A stretch of 64,000 nt of DNA from Mycobacteriales bacterium (lineage in GTDB: Bacteria > Actinomycetota > Actinomycetes > BP-191). Positions 54,602-64,000 of this stretch are shown here, piece by piece; within the stretch, counting starts at the first letter, position 1, and each line of letters begins with the position of its first letter. A program made the translations under genes and the position numbers. Below the pieces are notes generated by a model. That model saw only the letters and a program-made list of their open reading frames with translations, did not search any database and was not told where the DNA came from. Where the stretch lies: positions 9,934 to 73,933 of the forward strand of contig JBKJUS010000107.1 in the NCBI GenBank assembly GCA_046590575.1. The letters run 5' to 3'.

Positions 54602-55356
54602 TTGCTGATCTTCAGGGCAAAGCCGCCCTCGTCACGGGTGCGAGTCGAGGGATCGGCCGGGCGATTGCGGTCGGACTGGCTCGGGCTGGCGTCGACGTGG
54701 CGATCAACGCACGCTCCGCGGAAGCACTCGAGGACACTCGGATGGCGGTCGAGGCGCTCGGACGGCGGGCTGTCGTGGTGCCGGCTGATGTGACTGACCG
54801 CGATGCCGTCATCGCCATGGTTGCGGGCTCCATCGAGGGACTTGATCACCTCGACATCGTCGTCAACAACGCCGGTGGGACATCGTTCATCGTGCCCTTC
54901 ACCGACTTGCGCTTCTCCGGCTGGGACAAGGTCATGGCGCTCAACACGTCGTCGGTCGTGCACGTGTGCCAGGCAGTTGGTCCGCATCTGCTCGAACGTG
55001 GGCGGGGATCCGTCATCAACGTCGCCTCTGTCGCTGGGCTCGGTGGTACGCCGGCGCTCGCGCCGTACGGCGCCTCCAAGGCAGCTGTGATCAGCCTCAC
55101 CAGGTCGCTGGCGATGGAGTGGGCGCACGCGGGCGTCCGGGTCAATGCGCTCTGTCCAGGATGGACCGCGACAGATCTCAACTCGTCCATTCGGGAGGAC
55201 CCAGCTGCGGCGGCGAGGTTCGTGGAGCGCGTGCCGTTGCAACGTTGGGGGACCGCCGAGGAAATGGTGGGTCCGACCCTCTTTCTCGCCAGCGACGCGT
55301 CGTCGTACATGACCGGCCAGGCGCTGATCGTCGACGGTGGCATGACGGCAGGGTGA
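54598..55356 (+). CDS. SDR-family oxidoreductase (FabG-like)
   Basis: MIADLQGKAALVTGASRGIGRAIA, then NNAG and YGASKAA. The ATG overlaps the previous stop. Confidence 0.85.
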   Translation: MIADLQGKAALVTGASRGIGRAIAVGLARAGVDVAINARSAEALEDTRMAVEALGRRAVVVPADVTDRDAVIAMVAGSIEGLDHLDIVVNNAGGTSFIVPFTDLRFSGWDKVMALNTSSVVHVCQAVGPHLLERGRGSVINVASVAGLGGTPALAPYGASKAAVISLTRSLAMEWAHAGVRVNALCPGWTATDLNSSIREDPAAAARFVERVPLQRWGTAEEMVGPTLFLASDASSYMTGQALIVDGGMTAG

Positions 55357-55388
55357 CCCCGGACTATGGTGCGGCCTGAGGAGGCGTT

Positions 55389-56186
55389 GTGCGGGTCGAG
55401 CCCTATGTGATCGAGACCGGCCGAGGCCGCCCGGTCGTCCTGCTTCACGCCTTCCCTCTCAATGCGTCGATGTGGATGCCGCAGCGCGAGGCAATTGGGA
55501 TCACTCACCGGGTGATCACCCCGGATCAGCGAGGTTTCGGCGGCACGCAGCTCGGCCACGACCAGCCATCACTCGACGAGGTCGCCGATGACCTTGCCGC
55601 GATGCTCACCGCGCGCAAGATCGACCGCGTGGTCCTCGGCGGACTGTCGATGGGCGGCTACGTGGCGATGGCGTTCCTCCGTCGGCATCCAGAACGCGTT
55701 GCGGCTCTGGTGCTCGCTGACACAAAGATCGGCGCGGATTCCCCTGAGGCAGCGGAGAACCGACGCCGCATCGCCAGTGAGGTGATCGCCTCCGGAACGT
55801 CATCTCAGCTCGTCGAGGAGATGCTGCCGTCGCTGCTCGGTCGGACGTCGTTGGACAGACGTGCCCTTGTGCTCGGGCGAGTGAAGGCGCTGCTCGAGAA
55901 GGCACCGCCGTACGCCGTCGCCTGGGCGCAGCGGGCGATGGCGCTGCGGCCGGACTCCACCGCCGACCTTGCCGCGGTCTCCGTGCCGACTCTGGTCGTC
56001 GTCGGCGAAGAAGACACCATCTCGCCGCCCGAGGAGGCCGAGCTGATTGCGAAGACGGTGCCGGGCGCCGAGCTCGTGCGGATCCCCGACGCCGGGCATC
56101 TCAGTGCGATCGAGGCTCCGGCGGAGTTCAACGAGGCGTTGGCCGGCTTCCTCGCCGGACTACCAGCGGACAACCCGCCTGACTAG
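55389..56186 (+). CDS. alpha/beta hydrolase fold protein
   Basis: VVLLHAFPLNASMW, a GLSMGG elbow and a C-terminal His. Confidence 0.75.
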   Translation: MRVEPYVIETGRGRPVVLLHAFPLNASMWMPQREAIGITHRVITPDQRGFGGTQLGHDQPSLDEVADDLAAMLTARKIDRVVLGGLSMGGYVAMAFLRRHPERVAALVLADTKIGADSPEAAENRRRIASEVIASGTSSQLVEEMLPSLLGRTSLDRRALVLGRVKALLEKAPPYAVAWAQRAMALRPDSTADLAAVSVPTLVVVGEEDTISPPEEAELIAKTVPGAELVRIPDAGHLSAIEAPAEFNEALAGFLAGLPADNPPD

Positions 56187-57229
56187 CTGCCGGGCTGCTC
56201 GACGACGACGCGAATCGGATTTCCCTCTTTGGTCTCCAGCACTCGTAAGGCGCGGTCGAAATCTTGGAGACCGAAGCGGTGGGTGATGGTCCCGGTCAGG
56301 TCGAGCGCCCCACCTGCGACCAGCGCGACTAACTCTGCCAGCTCATCCTGTCCGCACCCGAATGAGCCCTGCACCCGCAGCTCGTTCGCGACCAGCAGAG
56401 CCTGAGGTAGCAGGCTGAGCGGCTCCGGCGTCACACCGACGACCGTGCAGGTGCCACCGGGTCGAAGTGACTTGACTGCCTGGTCGACCACGGCGGCGCT
56501 GCCGACGAACTCGAAGGCGTGATCAGCTCCGCCACCGGTGAGTACGCGAATGGCGTTGGCCGGTCTGCCCCCCGTCGCGTCGACGACGTCATCCGCACCG
56601 AAGCGGAGAGCGCGCTCCAGCGCCCCCGGATAGCGATCCACCCCGATCACGTGTGCGCCGACCACCTGCTTGAGGATGGTGAGGGCATGCAGGCCCAGGC
56701 CGCCTAGACCGAAGACCGCGGCAGTGTGCCCACGGGTCACACCAGACCTCTTGATGGCGTGAAACGGCGTCGACACCGCGTCCATCAGGATGGCACCGGT
56801 CGCGAAGTCGACATGGTCGGGCAAAGCGATGAGGGTGCGAGCAGGTACGACGACGTAGGTCGCTTGCGATCCGTCCCGAGTGATGCCAGGGATCTCCAGG
56901 CGCGGGCAGATGTTGCTGTGCCCTGCGTCGCATGCGGGACAGTTGCCGCACCCGTAGCCGGCTGCGATGCATACACGGTCGCCGATCGACCAGTCCGTGA
57001 CGTTTTCGCCCAGTTGGTCGACGATGCCGGCCGGCTCGTGGCCGAGGACGAGCGGCAGTGGACCGGTCGGCGTCGATCCGCGGACGATGTGCACGTCGGA
57101 GCCGCACAGACCGCACGCGCGGACGGCGACGCGTACCTCGTTGGGGCCGGGCTCCGGCACGGGAACTTTGTCCAGCGTCGGTCTCTGTCCCACTGCGTGC
57201 AGCCGGACGGCCTCCATCATGGCCGTCAC
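56183..57229 (-). CDS. Zn-dependent alcohol dehydrogenase (MDR superfamily)
   Basis: CGLCGSDVH, GHEPAG, CGNCPAC and GLGGLG motifs. Confidence 0.85.
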   Translation of the reverse strand: MTAMMEAVRLHAVGQRPTLDKVPVPEPGPNEVRVAVRACGLCGSDVHIVRGSTPTGPLPLVLGHEPAGIVDQLGENVTDWSIGDRVCIAAGYGCGNCPACDAGHSNICPRLEIPGITRDGSQATYVVVPARTLIALPDHVDFATGAILMDAVSTPFHAIKRSGVTRGHTAAVFGLGGLGLHALTILKQVVGAHVIGVDRYPGALERALRFGADDVVDATGGRPANAIRVLTGGGADHAFEFVGSAAVVDQAVKSLRPGGTCTVVGVTPEPLSLLPQALLVANELRVQGSFGCGQDELAELVALVAGGALDLTGTITHRFGLQDFDRALRVLETKEGNPIRVVVEQPGS

Positions 57230-58611
57230 ATGGCGTCCTGTCGGGGGAGCACGACCTCATTGCTGATGAGCTGCACGGCTGCGGCGACCGGGATCGCGAG
57301 CAGTGCGCCGATCACGCCGAGCAGGCTGCCTCCGATGAGCACCGCGATGATGGTGGTGATCGGCGAGACGTCGACGGTGCGCTGCATCACTCTCGGCACC
57401 AGCACGTAGTTCTCGAACTGCTGGTAGGTCAGGAAGAAGGCGGCTGTGATCAGGCCCACCGGCACGGATACGAAGAAGGCTACGACGACGCAGACCAACG
57501 CAGCGAGCGATGCGCCGATGAGCGGAATCAGGTCGAGGAATGCGACCAGCACCGCCAAGGCCACGGGATAGGGCACTCCGGCGATCAGCAGGTAGACGAA
57601 GGCGACCACACCGGCGACGAGAGACGTCGCGATGTTGCCAAGAACGTAGCCGCCGACCCGGGAGAGGATCTCGTCGGCGAGCAGCCCCACTCTCGGACGT
57701 CGGGACCGTGGCACGACGCGGTACGCCGACCGCTTCATGCTCGGATAGGAGCTCAGGAAGTAGAGCGTCAGGATCAGCACCGTGAGGATGCTGAAGATGG
57801 CGTTGAAGATGCCCTTCACGACGCCGAAGGCGCCCCCGAGGAGCCCGATGCCGTTCTCCGGCGCCTTATCTACTTGCATCTGCAGCTTCGCGACGAGGTC
57901 GTACTTGTCGTCGAGCTCTCGGAACTGCTTGTTGTCGCGGAGCCGCTCGCCGTACTCCGGCAGCTGTTCGAACAGACCCGTGCCCTGATCGGCGATCGGC
58001 GGGACGACCGCAGCGCCGAAGCCGATGAAGACCAACAGGATCCCGGCGAAGACCGCGAGGACCGCTCGGTTGCGGCGTAACCCGCGAGCCTGGAACCACT
58101 CGACGACGGGGTTGAAGCCGATGGCGAGGAAAGCGGCGATCAGGATCAGGACCAGAATCTGGCGAACGGCAACGAGTGCGGTGAGCAACGCGTAGGCGAG
58201 CGCGACGCCGAGGGCGGCCGAGAAGGCGATGCGAAACGGGGAGCGCGGCGCGATCGGTCGGCCGGGCTCTCCGAACGGCTTCTCCTCGGTCGCGCCAGCC
58301 TCGATCTGGCGGATCGCCGTGTCCAGCAGCGGGTCGTCCTCGTCGGCGTCGGACTCAGCCCGCATCGCCGCTGCCGCCGCCCGTCGGGACTCGTCCTCCG
58401 CGTCGACGGTCGGGATCTTCGCGGCCTTGCTGCTTGCGGTGCCGGCAGCAGAGGTGGCGCGTTTCGCCGCGACCTTTCGCCGCGCCTTACCGACATCTGG
58501 GTCCTTGGCGTCAACGGAGGCGCTGCTCGCCTGATCGGCGGCCAGGCTGACCTCGTCCTCGGCCTTACTGATCCTGTCCTTGCGGGTCGCCACGTGCTCG
58601 CTCCTGGTCAT
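57226..58611 (-). CDS. AI-2E family transporter (PerM/UPF0118)
   Basis: Eight hydrophobic helices after a low-complexity N-terminus, plus the C-terminal motif LIPLIGASLAALVCVVVAF. Confidence 0.7.
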   Translation of the reverse strand: MTRSEHVATRKDRISKAEDEVSLAADQASSASVDAKDPDVGKARRKVAAKRATSAAGTASSKAAKIPTVDAEDESRRAAAAAMRAESDADEDDPLLDTAIRQIEAGATEEKPFGEPGRPIAPRSPFRIAFSAALGVALAYALLTALVAVRQILVLILIAAFLAIGFNPVVEWFQARGLRRNRAVLAVFAGILLVFIGFGAAVVPPIADQGTGLFEQLPEYGERLRDNKQFRELDDKYDLVAKLQMQVDKAPENGIGLLGGAFGVVKGIFNAIFSILTVLILTLYFLSSYPSMKRSAYRVVPRSRRPRVGLLADEILSRVGGYVLGNIATSLVAGVVAFVYLLIAGVPYPVALAVLVAFLDLIPLIGASLAALVCVVVAFFVSVPVGLITAAFFLTYQQFENYVLVPRVMQRTVDVSPITTIIAVLIGGSLLGVIGALLAIPVAAAVQLISNEVVLPRQDAM

Positions 58612-58636
58612 GACTCGGGGGCGCTACCGTAGTCGC

Positions 58637-59479
58637 TCAGGCGCTGGCGCTGGTGAACGTCACCTCCCGCGATTCGGTCACCCACTCGTAGCCCAGCCGC
58701 TGGTAGAGGGCGTTCGACGTCGGGTTGTCTAGGTCGGTATAGAGGAAGCAACGCTCTGCGCCCTGGTCGAAGCAGCGCCGGGTAACCGCGGCGGTCGCCG
58801 CGCCGGCGTACCCGCGCCCGCGGTACTGCTCCGGCGTGAAGACCGGACCGACGCGCGCGCCGCGAGGGGTGCGCCCGGCGACGCCGGCCGTCGACACCGG
58901 AACCCCGTCGACGGACCAGAGCACGATGTCTCCGGCGGCGATCCGGGCCGCGGTCATCTCCCGTCGAATTGCGGCACCCAGACCGACCTCGTCGTGGAAG
59001 GCCGTGAACCAGGCGAAGACGAGGTCCCCGTCCGCGTCGGTCGCCACTCGGGCGGCGCCATGCACGGGTGCTGGCGGAGTGAGCGCCCGGACGGCGTAGA
59101 TCCCCTGGCGGCGGACGCGGTCGACTCCGGCACCGGTGCGCAGGCGCCACTCGTCGACCACCAGGTCGACGTCTTCCGGTGGTCCGATCACCAGCGGCGG
59201 GGTGTAGCCACGAGCCAGAACGGCGTCGACCAGAGGGCCGGCGGCACCGCCGGGCAGCCCGGTCAGGAGCAGCCCGTGTGGCGGGGTGTGCAGGACAGCA
59301 AACTCGTCCGGTCCATCACTCACGACGGCCAGCAGCGGTATTGCGGTGGGGGTCAGCCGGCCAGTCCGCAGCGAGTCGATGACGGTCAGGGCCATGTTGA
59401 ACCGCGCTTCGTCGGCGACGAGACGCGGTAGTACGCGGGCGGCGTACTCAGCAGCGTCGGAAAAGGTAGTGATCTCCAT
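58637..59479 (-). CDS. GNAT-family N-acetyltransferase with N-terminal extra domain
   Basis: QYRGRGYAGAATAAVT...YTDLDNPTSNALYQRLGY is GNAT motif A/B. Confidence 0.7.
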   Translation of the reverse strand: MEITTFSDAAEYAARVLPRLVADEARFNMALTVIDSLRTGRLTPTAIPLLAVVSDGPDEFAVLHTPPHGLLLTGLPGGAAGPLVDAVLARGYTPPLVIGPPEDVDLVVDEWRLRTGAGVDRVRRQGIYAVRALTPPAPVHGAARVATDADGDLVFAWFTAFHDEVGLGAAIRREMTAARIAAGDIVLWSVDGVPVSTAGVAGRTPRGARVGPVFTPEQYRGRGYAGAATAAVTRRCFDQGAERCFLYTDLDNPTSNALYQRLGYEWVTESREVTFTSASA

Positions 59480-59503
59480 CGCGACGCCGGGGAATCTCGG
59501 CGA

Positions 59504-60847
59504 TCAGGCGTCGCGGAAGCGGTTGATCGCGTCGAGGTGTAGCGCGCGACGCGTGTCATCGCGTACGCCTAGCTCGGGCTCGGGCGCGAGGCAGAGGACG
59601 CCGACCTTGCCCTGATGGGCGTTGCGATGGACGTCGTACGCCGCCTGCCCCACCTCTTCCATCGGATAGGCCCTCGACAGGGTCGGGTGGATGGCGCCTT
59701 TGGCGATGAGTCGGTTGGCCTCCCACGCCTCGCGGTAGTTGGCGAAATGCGAGCTCTTGATGGTCTTGAGATTCATCCAGAGGTAGCGGTTGTCGTATTG
59801 GTGCAGGTAGCCGCTGGTCGAGGCGCAGGTCACGATCATGCCGCCCTTGCGCGCCACGTAGACGCTCGCGCCGAAGGTCTCCCGACCCGGATGCTCGAAC
59901 ACGATGTCGGGATCCTCACCACCGGTGAGCTCGCGGATCTTCGCGCCGAAGCGCTGCCACTCCTTCGGGTCCTGGTTGTGCTCGTCCTTCCAGAAGGTGT
60001 ACGCCTCCGCACTGCGGTCGATCACATGCTCGGCGCCCATCCGTCTGCAGATCTCAGCCTTCTCGGGCGACGAGACGACACAGACCGGGATCGCGCCGCC
60101 ATTGAGGGCAAACTGCGTGGCGTAGGAGCCGAGCCCGCCGCTCGCGCCCCAGATGAGGACGACGTCGCCTTGCTTCATGTTCGCCCCGTTGGCGGACACC
60201 AGCTGCCGGTACGCCGTGGAGTTGACGAGGCCCGGGCAGGCTGATTCCTCCCAGGTCAGGTGAGCCGGCTTGGGCATGAGCTGGTTGGCCTTGACGAGGG
60301 CGAGCTCGGCCAGCCCACCGAAGTTGGTCTCGAATCCCCAGATGCGCTGCTCCGGGTCCAGCATTGTGTCGTTGTGCCCGTCCGGACTCTCCAGCTCGAC
60401 GGAGAGGCAGTGCGCGACCACCTCGTCGCCGGGCTTCCACGCGTGGACGCCGGGTCCCGTGCGCAGCACGACGCCTGAGAGGTCGGAGCCGACCACGTGG
60501 TAGGGCAGGTCGTGGCGCTTGGTGAGCGGCGAGAGGCGGCCGTAGCGCTCCAGGAATTTGAACGTCGACACCGGCTCGAAGATCGACGTCCAAACGGTGT
60601 TGTAGTTGATCGCGCTGGCCATCACCGCGACGACCGCTTCGCCCGGGCCGAGCTCGGGGGTGGGCACCTCATCGATGTGCAACGACTGGCGGGGGTCCTT
60701 GTCCCGCGTGGCGAGATCGGCGAACATCTCCTGCTCCTCGCGGCGCACCACGACGCCTCGGTAGGACTCAGGGATGGCCAGTGCCGCGTACTCCTCGCCT
60801 GTCGTGTCGCCGGCCAGGATCGCCTCGCGGATCTCCTTCACGTGCAT
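59504..60847 (-). CDS. ccr: crotonyl-CoA carboxylase/reductase
   Basis: The sequence is collinear with Ccr: KDPRQSLHIDEVPTPELGPGEAVVAVMASAINYNTVWTSIF...GFETNFGGLAE...IWGASGGLGSY. The start is at the internal ATG MHVKEI. Confidence 0.85.
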   Translation of the reverse strand: MHVKEIREAILAGDTTGEEYAALAIPESYRGVVVRREEQEMFADLATRDKDPRQSLHIDEVPTPELGPGEAVVAVMASAINYNTVWTSIFEPVSTFKFLERYGRLSPLTKRHDLPYHVVGSDLSGVVLRTGPGVHAWKPGDEVVAHCLSVELESPDGHNDTMLDPEQRIWGFETNFGGLAELALVKANQLMPKPAHLTWEESACPGLVNSTAYRQLVSANGANMKQGDVVLIWGASGGLGSYATQFALNGGAIPVCVVSSPEKAEICRRMGAEHVIDRSAEAYTFWKDEHNQDPKEWQRFGAKIRELTGGEDPDIVFEHPGRETFGASVYVARKGGMIVTCASTSGYLHQYDNRYLWMNLKTIKSSHFANYREAWEANRLIAKGAIHPTLSRAYPMEEVGQAAYDVHRNAHQGKVGVLCLAPEPELGVRDDTRRALHLDAINRFRDA

Positions 60848-60997
60848 GCCTCCTACCGTGGTCACGCCGTTGGGTTCCGGCGATGTTACTCATGGGTACG
60901 GTCGGGGTAGCAAACCCGGGGTTTCGACCGATTCCGGCAGGAATGGTCACCGGTACGGCGAATTCGACTGCATTGCCCCGACTTTCGGAGGTGCCTG

Positions 60998-61834
60998 ATG
61001 CGCGCTCGCCCATGGGTCGGTGCCGCCTTGCTCGTTGGCCTCGTCGCCGTACCCCCCCTCGCGTGGGCCGACCACGACTGCGGCAACGGCAAGAGTCAGG
61101 ACCAGCACGACGAGGACAAGGACTGCAAGAAGGACCGTGACGAGCACCGGCGTCAGCGCGGTGGACGTTCGACCCCACCACCGCCGCCGCGGGAGGAGTG
61201 GACCGAGCGTGGAGCCGCCCGCACAGAGTTCCGGCTGTCCGTCCAGGCCTCCGTCGTCGCGCCGTATGTGCCAGCGCGCTACCAGGTCGCGCTGAGCGGC
61301 GACCGGGCCACCGTGGTGGTGACGGCCCGCTCGTTCGAGGGCGACACCGCTGACTCGTCCACCGTCCTGCACGAGGCGTCCGTGCTCGTCACCGCTCCAG
61401 ACGCCTCGGCAGGCGTTCACGCCTACGTGATGTGGCAGGTCACCGACAGCAGCGGGCTCGCTGCGAAGCTGCGTCGGATGGGCCTGCCGGTCACTCAGTT
61501 GGCGGCGCCGTACTCCTCCACCTCTGCCGGCGTTGCCGCCCATCTTCGGGGTGACGTCGACTTGGCCGGTGCGAGCTACTCCTTCGTCGGCTCGGTCAGC
61601 GAGTCGGCCGGGGCCTCGACCGGCACTCCGGCGGTGCTCTGGTACGACGGCGCACTGGGCACCGTGCGGGTGACCACCACCTGCGCACCATGCGGGACGC
61701 CTGGCACGGGCGCCGTGGCACTGAGCGCCTCGGCCGATTCGAGAGTCGCTACTTTCATGTCCGCAGAAGCGAACGTCACGCCTGCCTCTTTCGTCCGGTC
61801 GTCCGGGACCAGCGTCGCTCTGGTCGTTAGTTAG
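60998..61834 (+). CDS. secreted hypothetical protein
   Basis: Signal peptide MRARPWVGAALLVGLVAVPPLAWA, a charged low-complexity segment, then a beta-rich domain. Confidence 0.45.
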   Translation: MRARPWVGAALLVGLVAVPPLAWADHDCGNGKSQDQHDEDKDCKKDRDEHRRQRGGRSTPPPPPREEWTERGAARTEFRLSVQASVVAPYVPARYQVALSGDRATVVVTARSFEGDTADSSTVLHEASVLVTAPDASAGVHAYVMWQVTDSSGLAAKLRRMGLPVTQLAAPYSSTSAGVAAHLRGDVDLAGASYSFVGSVSESAGASTGTPAVLWYDGALGTVRVTTTCAPCGTPGTGAVALSASADSRVATFMSAEANVTPASFVRSSGTSVALVVS

Positions 61835-61880
61835 GAACTTCCGATCCGGCCGATCCATGCGGCCCGCTAAAGGATGCCCA

Positions 61881-63422
61881 ATGAGGAACCCCCGGCTCGT
61901 ACTCGCCGCTATGTCCGTCGCCCTGTTGGCCGGCGCCCTCGTGGCTCCCTCCACCGCTGCGCCGGCCCCGACCACGACAGACGGGTGCCTGGAGTCGGTG
62001 CCGGAGACGCCGGGCGGCGCGCCGGTGCGGATTTGCTACTCGATCCACAAGCCCGCCACCGCCAGCAAACTCAGGAAAGTGCCGATGGTCCTGCACAGCC
62101 ACGGTTGGGCGGGCGCACGCAACAAGTCAGCTGACTCCTTCACCAGCTGGCTCGACCAGGGGTTCGGCATCCTCTCGATCGACCAGCGTGGGTTCGGCGA
62201 GAGCGGTGGTCAGGCCCACGTCGAGGACCCGGACTTCGAGGGCCAGGACATCATGCGCATCGTCGACGTCGTCGCCGGCCTGGACTGGGTGGCTCAGCAG
62301 CGCAAGGGCGACCCCGTCCTTGGGGCGATCGGCGGGTCCTACGGCGGCGGCTACCAGCTCGTCGGCGCCTTCACCGAGCTGATGACCAAGGGCAAGACCC
62401 GATTCGACGCCCTGGCGCCGGAGATCACCTGGTGGAGCCTCTCCGAGAGCCTCGCTCCCAACGCCGTACCGAAGAGCACCTGGAGCTCCGCCCTCTACGC
62501 CGCAGGCATGGCGTCGGACGCACACACCGCCACGGTGCACCAGGGCTTGGCCTACGCCACCACCACAGGTCAGTGGCCAGACGGCACCGTGCCCGGCTTC
62601 GACCTTGAGTCCTACTTCGAGAACAACGGGCCGGCCTGGCATGTGGCGCAGGGCCGCAAGCTGGACATCCCGGTGCTCTTCCGCCAAGGCGTCACCGACT
62701 CGCTCTTCCCGCTTGACCAGGGGCTGAAGATCTTCGACCAGGCGCTGACCAAGCGGGCTCGGGCCAAGAGCATCTTCACCGGCTACAACGGCGGCCACGT
62801 GCTGCCCGCGACCTTCCCGCTCGGCCTGGCCACCGGGGCGGACACCTGTTCGGCCAAGCTCGGCAGCAAGAGCTTCACCGACTTGGCGCAGCGCTTTATG
62901 AAGACGCACCTCTTGGGCCTCGCCGCCGGCCTCAAGGGCGTCGGGAAGTACCACCTCACCACCGCGGATGGCGTTGGCTGCCTCACTGTCGACTCGGTGA
63001 AAGCCGACGCGACGTACAAGGTCGGCATGGTCGCGTCCACCGCAGGGGCCGGCGCACCGGTGTCGATCAAAGTCGCGGACGGCCCCATCTCCATCGCCGG
63101 TACGCCGACGCTGCAGGCGCTGGTCACCTCGGCCGGCATCGACAACCGCGTCTTCACCGCGCTGTCCGTCGGCACCAGCCCGGCTGACGCGCGCACCGTG
63201 CAGGGCGTCATGCAGCCGCAGCGCGAGTTGTTGCCGGTGCAGGGGGCGCAACGCACCTGGACGCTGCCGTCGGTGAGCATCTCGGTGCCGGCTGGGCAGT
63301 CGTTGTTCCTGACGCTGTCACCGGTGTCGGAGATGTTCGCCATGCACGGCAGCCGCACCCCGGGAGCCTGGCTGCTCCAGGATGCCGTCGTGTCCCTGCC
63401 GCTCGTGGAGCAGGTCCGCTAA
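61881..63422 (+). CDS. secreted alpha/beta hydrolase of the CocE/NonD (X-Pro dipeptidyl-peptidase S15) family
   Basis: Signal peptide MRNPRLVLAAMSVALLAGALVAPSTAAP, then IDQRGFGESGG and the elbow GGSYGGG. Confidence 0.75.
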   Translation: MRNPRLVLAAMSVALLAGALVAPSTAAPAPTTTDGCLESVPETPGGAPVRICYSIHKPATASKLRKVPMVLHSHGWAGARNKSADSFTSWLDQGFGILSIDQRGFGESGGQAHVEDPDFEGQDIMRIVDVVAGLDWVAQQRKGDPVLGAIGGSYGGGYQLVGAFTELMTKGKTRFDALAPEITWWSLSESLAPNAVPKSTWSSALYAAGMASDAHTATVHQGLAYATTTGQWPDGTVPGFDLESYFENNGPAWHVAQGRKLDIPVLFRQGVTDSLFPLDQGLKIFDQALTKRARAKSIFTGYNGGHVLPATFPLGLATGADTCSAKLGSKSFTDLAQRFMKTHLLGLAAGLKGVGKYHLTTADGVGCLTVDSVKADATYKVGMVASTAGAGAPVSIKVADGPISIAGTPTLQALVTSAGIDNRVFTALSVGTSPADARTVQGVMQPQRELLPVQGAQRTWTLPSVSISVPAGQSLFLTLSPVSEMFAMHGSRTPGAWLLQDAVVSLPLVEQVR

Positions 63423-63423
63423 G

Positions 63424-63825
63424 TCAGCGGGACTGAACGAGCTCGGTCAGGACGCCGCCCATGCCTTTGGGGTGCAGGAAGGCGATTGCGGCGCCCATCG
63501 AGCCGTGCCGCGGGCGTTGGTCGACGAGGGGCACACCCTGCAGGCCGAGCTGCTCGAGCGACGCGGCGATGTCGTCGACGCCGTACCCGACGTGGTGCAC
63601 ACCCTCGCCGTGACGCGCTAAGAACTTCCCGACAGGGGAATCCGGGCGGGTGGGCTGCAGCAGCTGAACGTACGAGCCGGGAGCGACCAGCAACATGGCT
63701 TCGTGAACGCCCTGCTCCTCGTTGGTCTCGCGGTGCGCGACGGTCAGTCCGAAGGTCGTCTCGTAGAAATCGATCCGCTCCTCAAGGTCGTGGCAGGCGA
63801 TTCCAACGTGGTCGATGCGGGTGAG
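63424..63825 (-). CDS. methylmalonyl-CoA epimerase (VOC/glyoxalase family)
   Basis: MLTRIDHVGIACHDLEERIDFYETTFG...EGVHHVGYGVDD. Length 134 aa from the internal ATG. Confidence 0.75.
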   Translation of the reverse strand, partial: LTRIDHVGIACHDLEERIDFYETTFGLTVAHRETNEEQGVHEAMLLVAPGSYVQLLQPTRPDSPVGKFLARHGEGVHHVGYGVDDIAASLEQLGLQGVPLVDQRPRHGSMGAAIAFLHPKGMGGVLTELVQSR

Positions 63826-63936
63826 CATGGCTGCCTGCTTTCCCTCGGATACGGCGGACCTCGTATTCTTGCCGCACATTCCACGACTCGCTCTTCAGTT
63901 GGCCCGCGGGGCCACTCAAAAGCAGGGAGGCCCCTG

Positions 63937-64000
63937 TGGCCGGTTCCGTCATCGTCTCCGGTGCTCGCACCCCGATCGGCAAGTTGCAAGGGTCGCTGGC
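63937..64000 (+). CDS. acetyl-CoA acetyltransferase (thiolase), N-terminal fragment running off the window
   Basis: A GTG start with the RBS agcagggagg gives VAGSVIVSGARTPIGKLQGSLA, the thiolase N-terminal signature. Confidence 0.6.

Noticed and set aside
1-64000. CRISPR arrays, rRNA, transposases or integrases, phage genes
   Set aside because: No repeat-spacer arrays, rRNA-like conserved stretches, DDE or tyrosine-recombinase motifs were seen. The only tRNA found is tRNA-Sec.

Overview
This is a high-GC, actinobacterial-type chromosomal segment. The gene order atpC, PduO-type adenosyltransferase, murA is Mycobacterium-like. The window is gene-dense on both strands with no rRNA, CRISPR or obvious transposase.

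Left part, roughly 1-43 kb, looks accessory:
- four paralogous BNR/Asp-box (sialidase-like beta-propeller) surface proteins;
- a cluster of seven CooC/MinD-like deviant-Walker-A ATPase paralogs at 7.3-15.3 kb, interleaved with a PadR regulator, a metzincin-motif protein and a small membrane protein;
- a Tat-less uptake [NiFe]-hydrogenase locus (small and large subunit, two maturation-protease-like genes, NifU-like, hypC-hypD-hypE, SIS protein);
- a TerY-P triad (vWA, PP2C, Ser/Thr kinase);
- a complete selenocysteine toolkit: selB, selA, a 96-nt tRNA-Sec with anticodon UCA, and selD;
- two arrays of small single-pass membrane protein paralogs.

Right part, 43-64 kb, looks like core metabolism: atpC, murA, 3-hydroxybutyryl-CoA dehydrogenase, a B12-dependent acyl-CoA mutase, crotonyl-CoA carboxylase/reductase, methylmalonyl-CoA epimerase, thiolase, SDR, alpha/beta hydrolases, an alcohol dehydrogenase, an AI-2E transporter, a GNAT, an anti-sigma/anti-anti-sigma pair and a GAF-ANTAR regulator.

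The most notable observation is three in-frame TGA codons at conserved cysteine positions, each followed 12-15 nt downstream by a short GC hairpin and all within 30 kb of selABCD. Two are in CooC-like ATPases (8419-8421 and 11112-11114, at the metal-binding CxC motif). One is in a DUF1059-like mini-protein (38473-38475). Together they suggest an undescribed selenoprotein-containing ATPase system next to the hydrogenase genes, which lack hypA/hypB/hypF in this window.

Coordinates derived from the ORF track by codon arithmetic are exact. Those from counting the printed sequence lines may be off by 1 nt, because one printed line near 51.2 kb appears to be 59 nt long.
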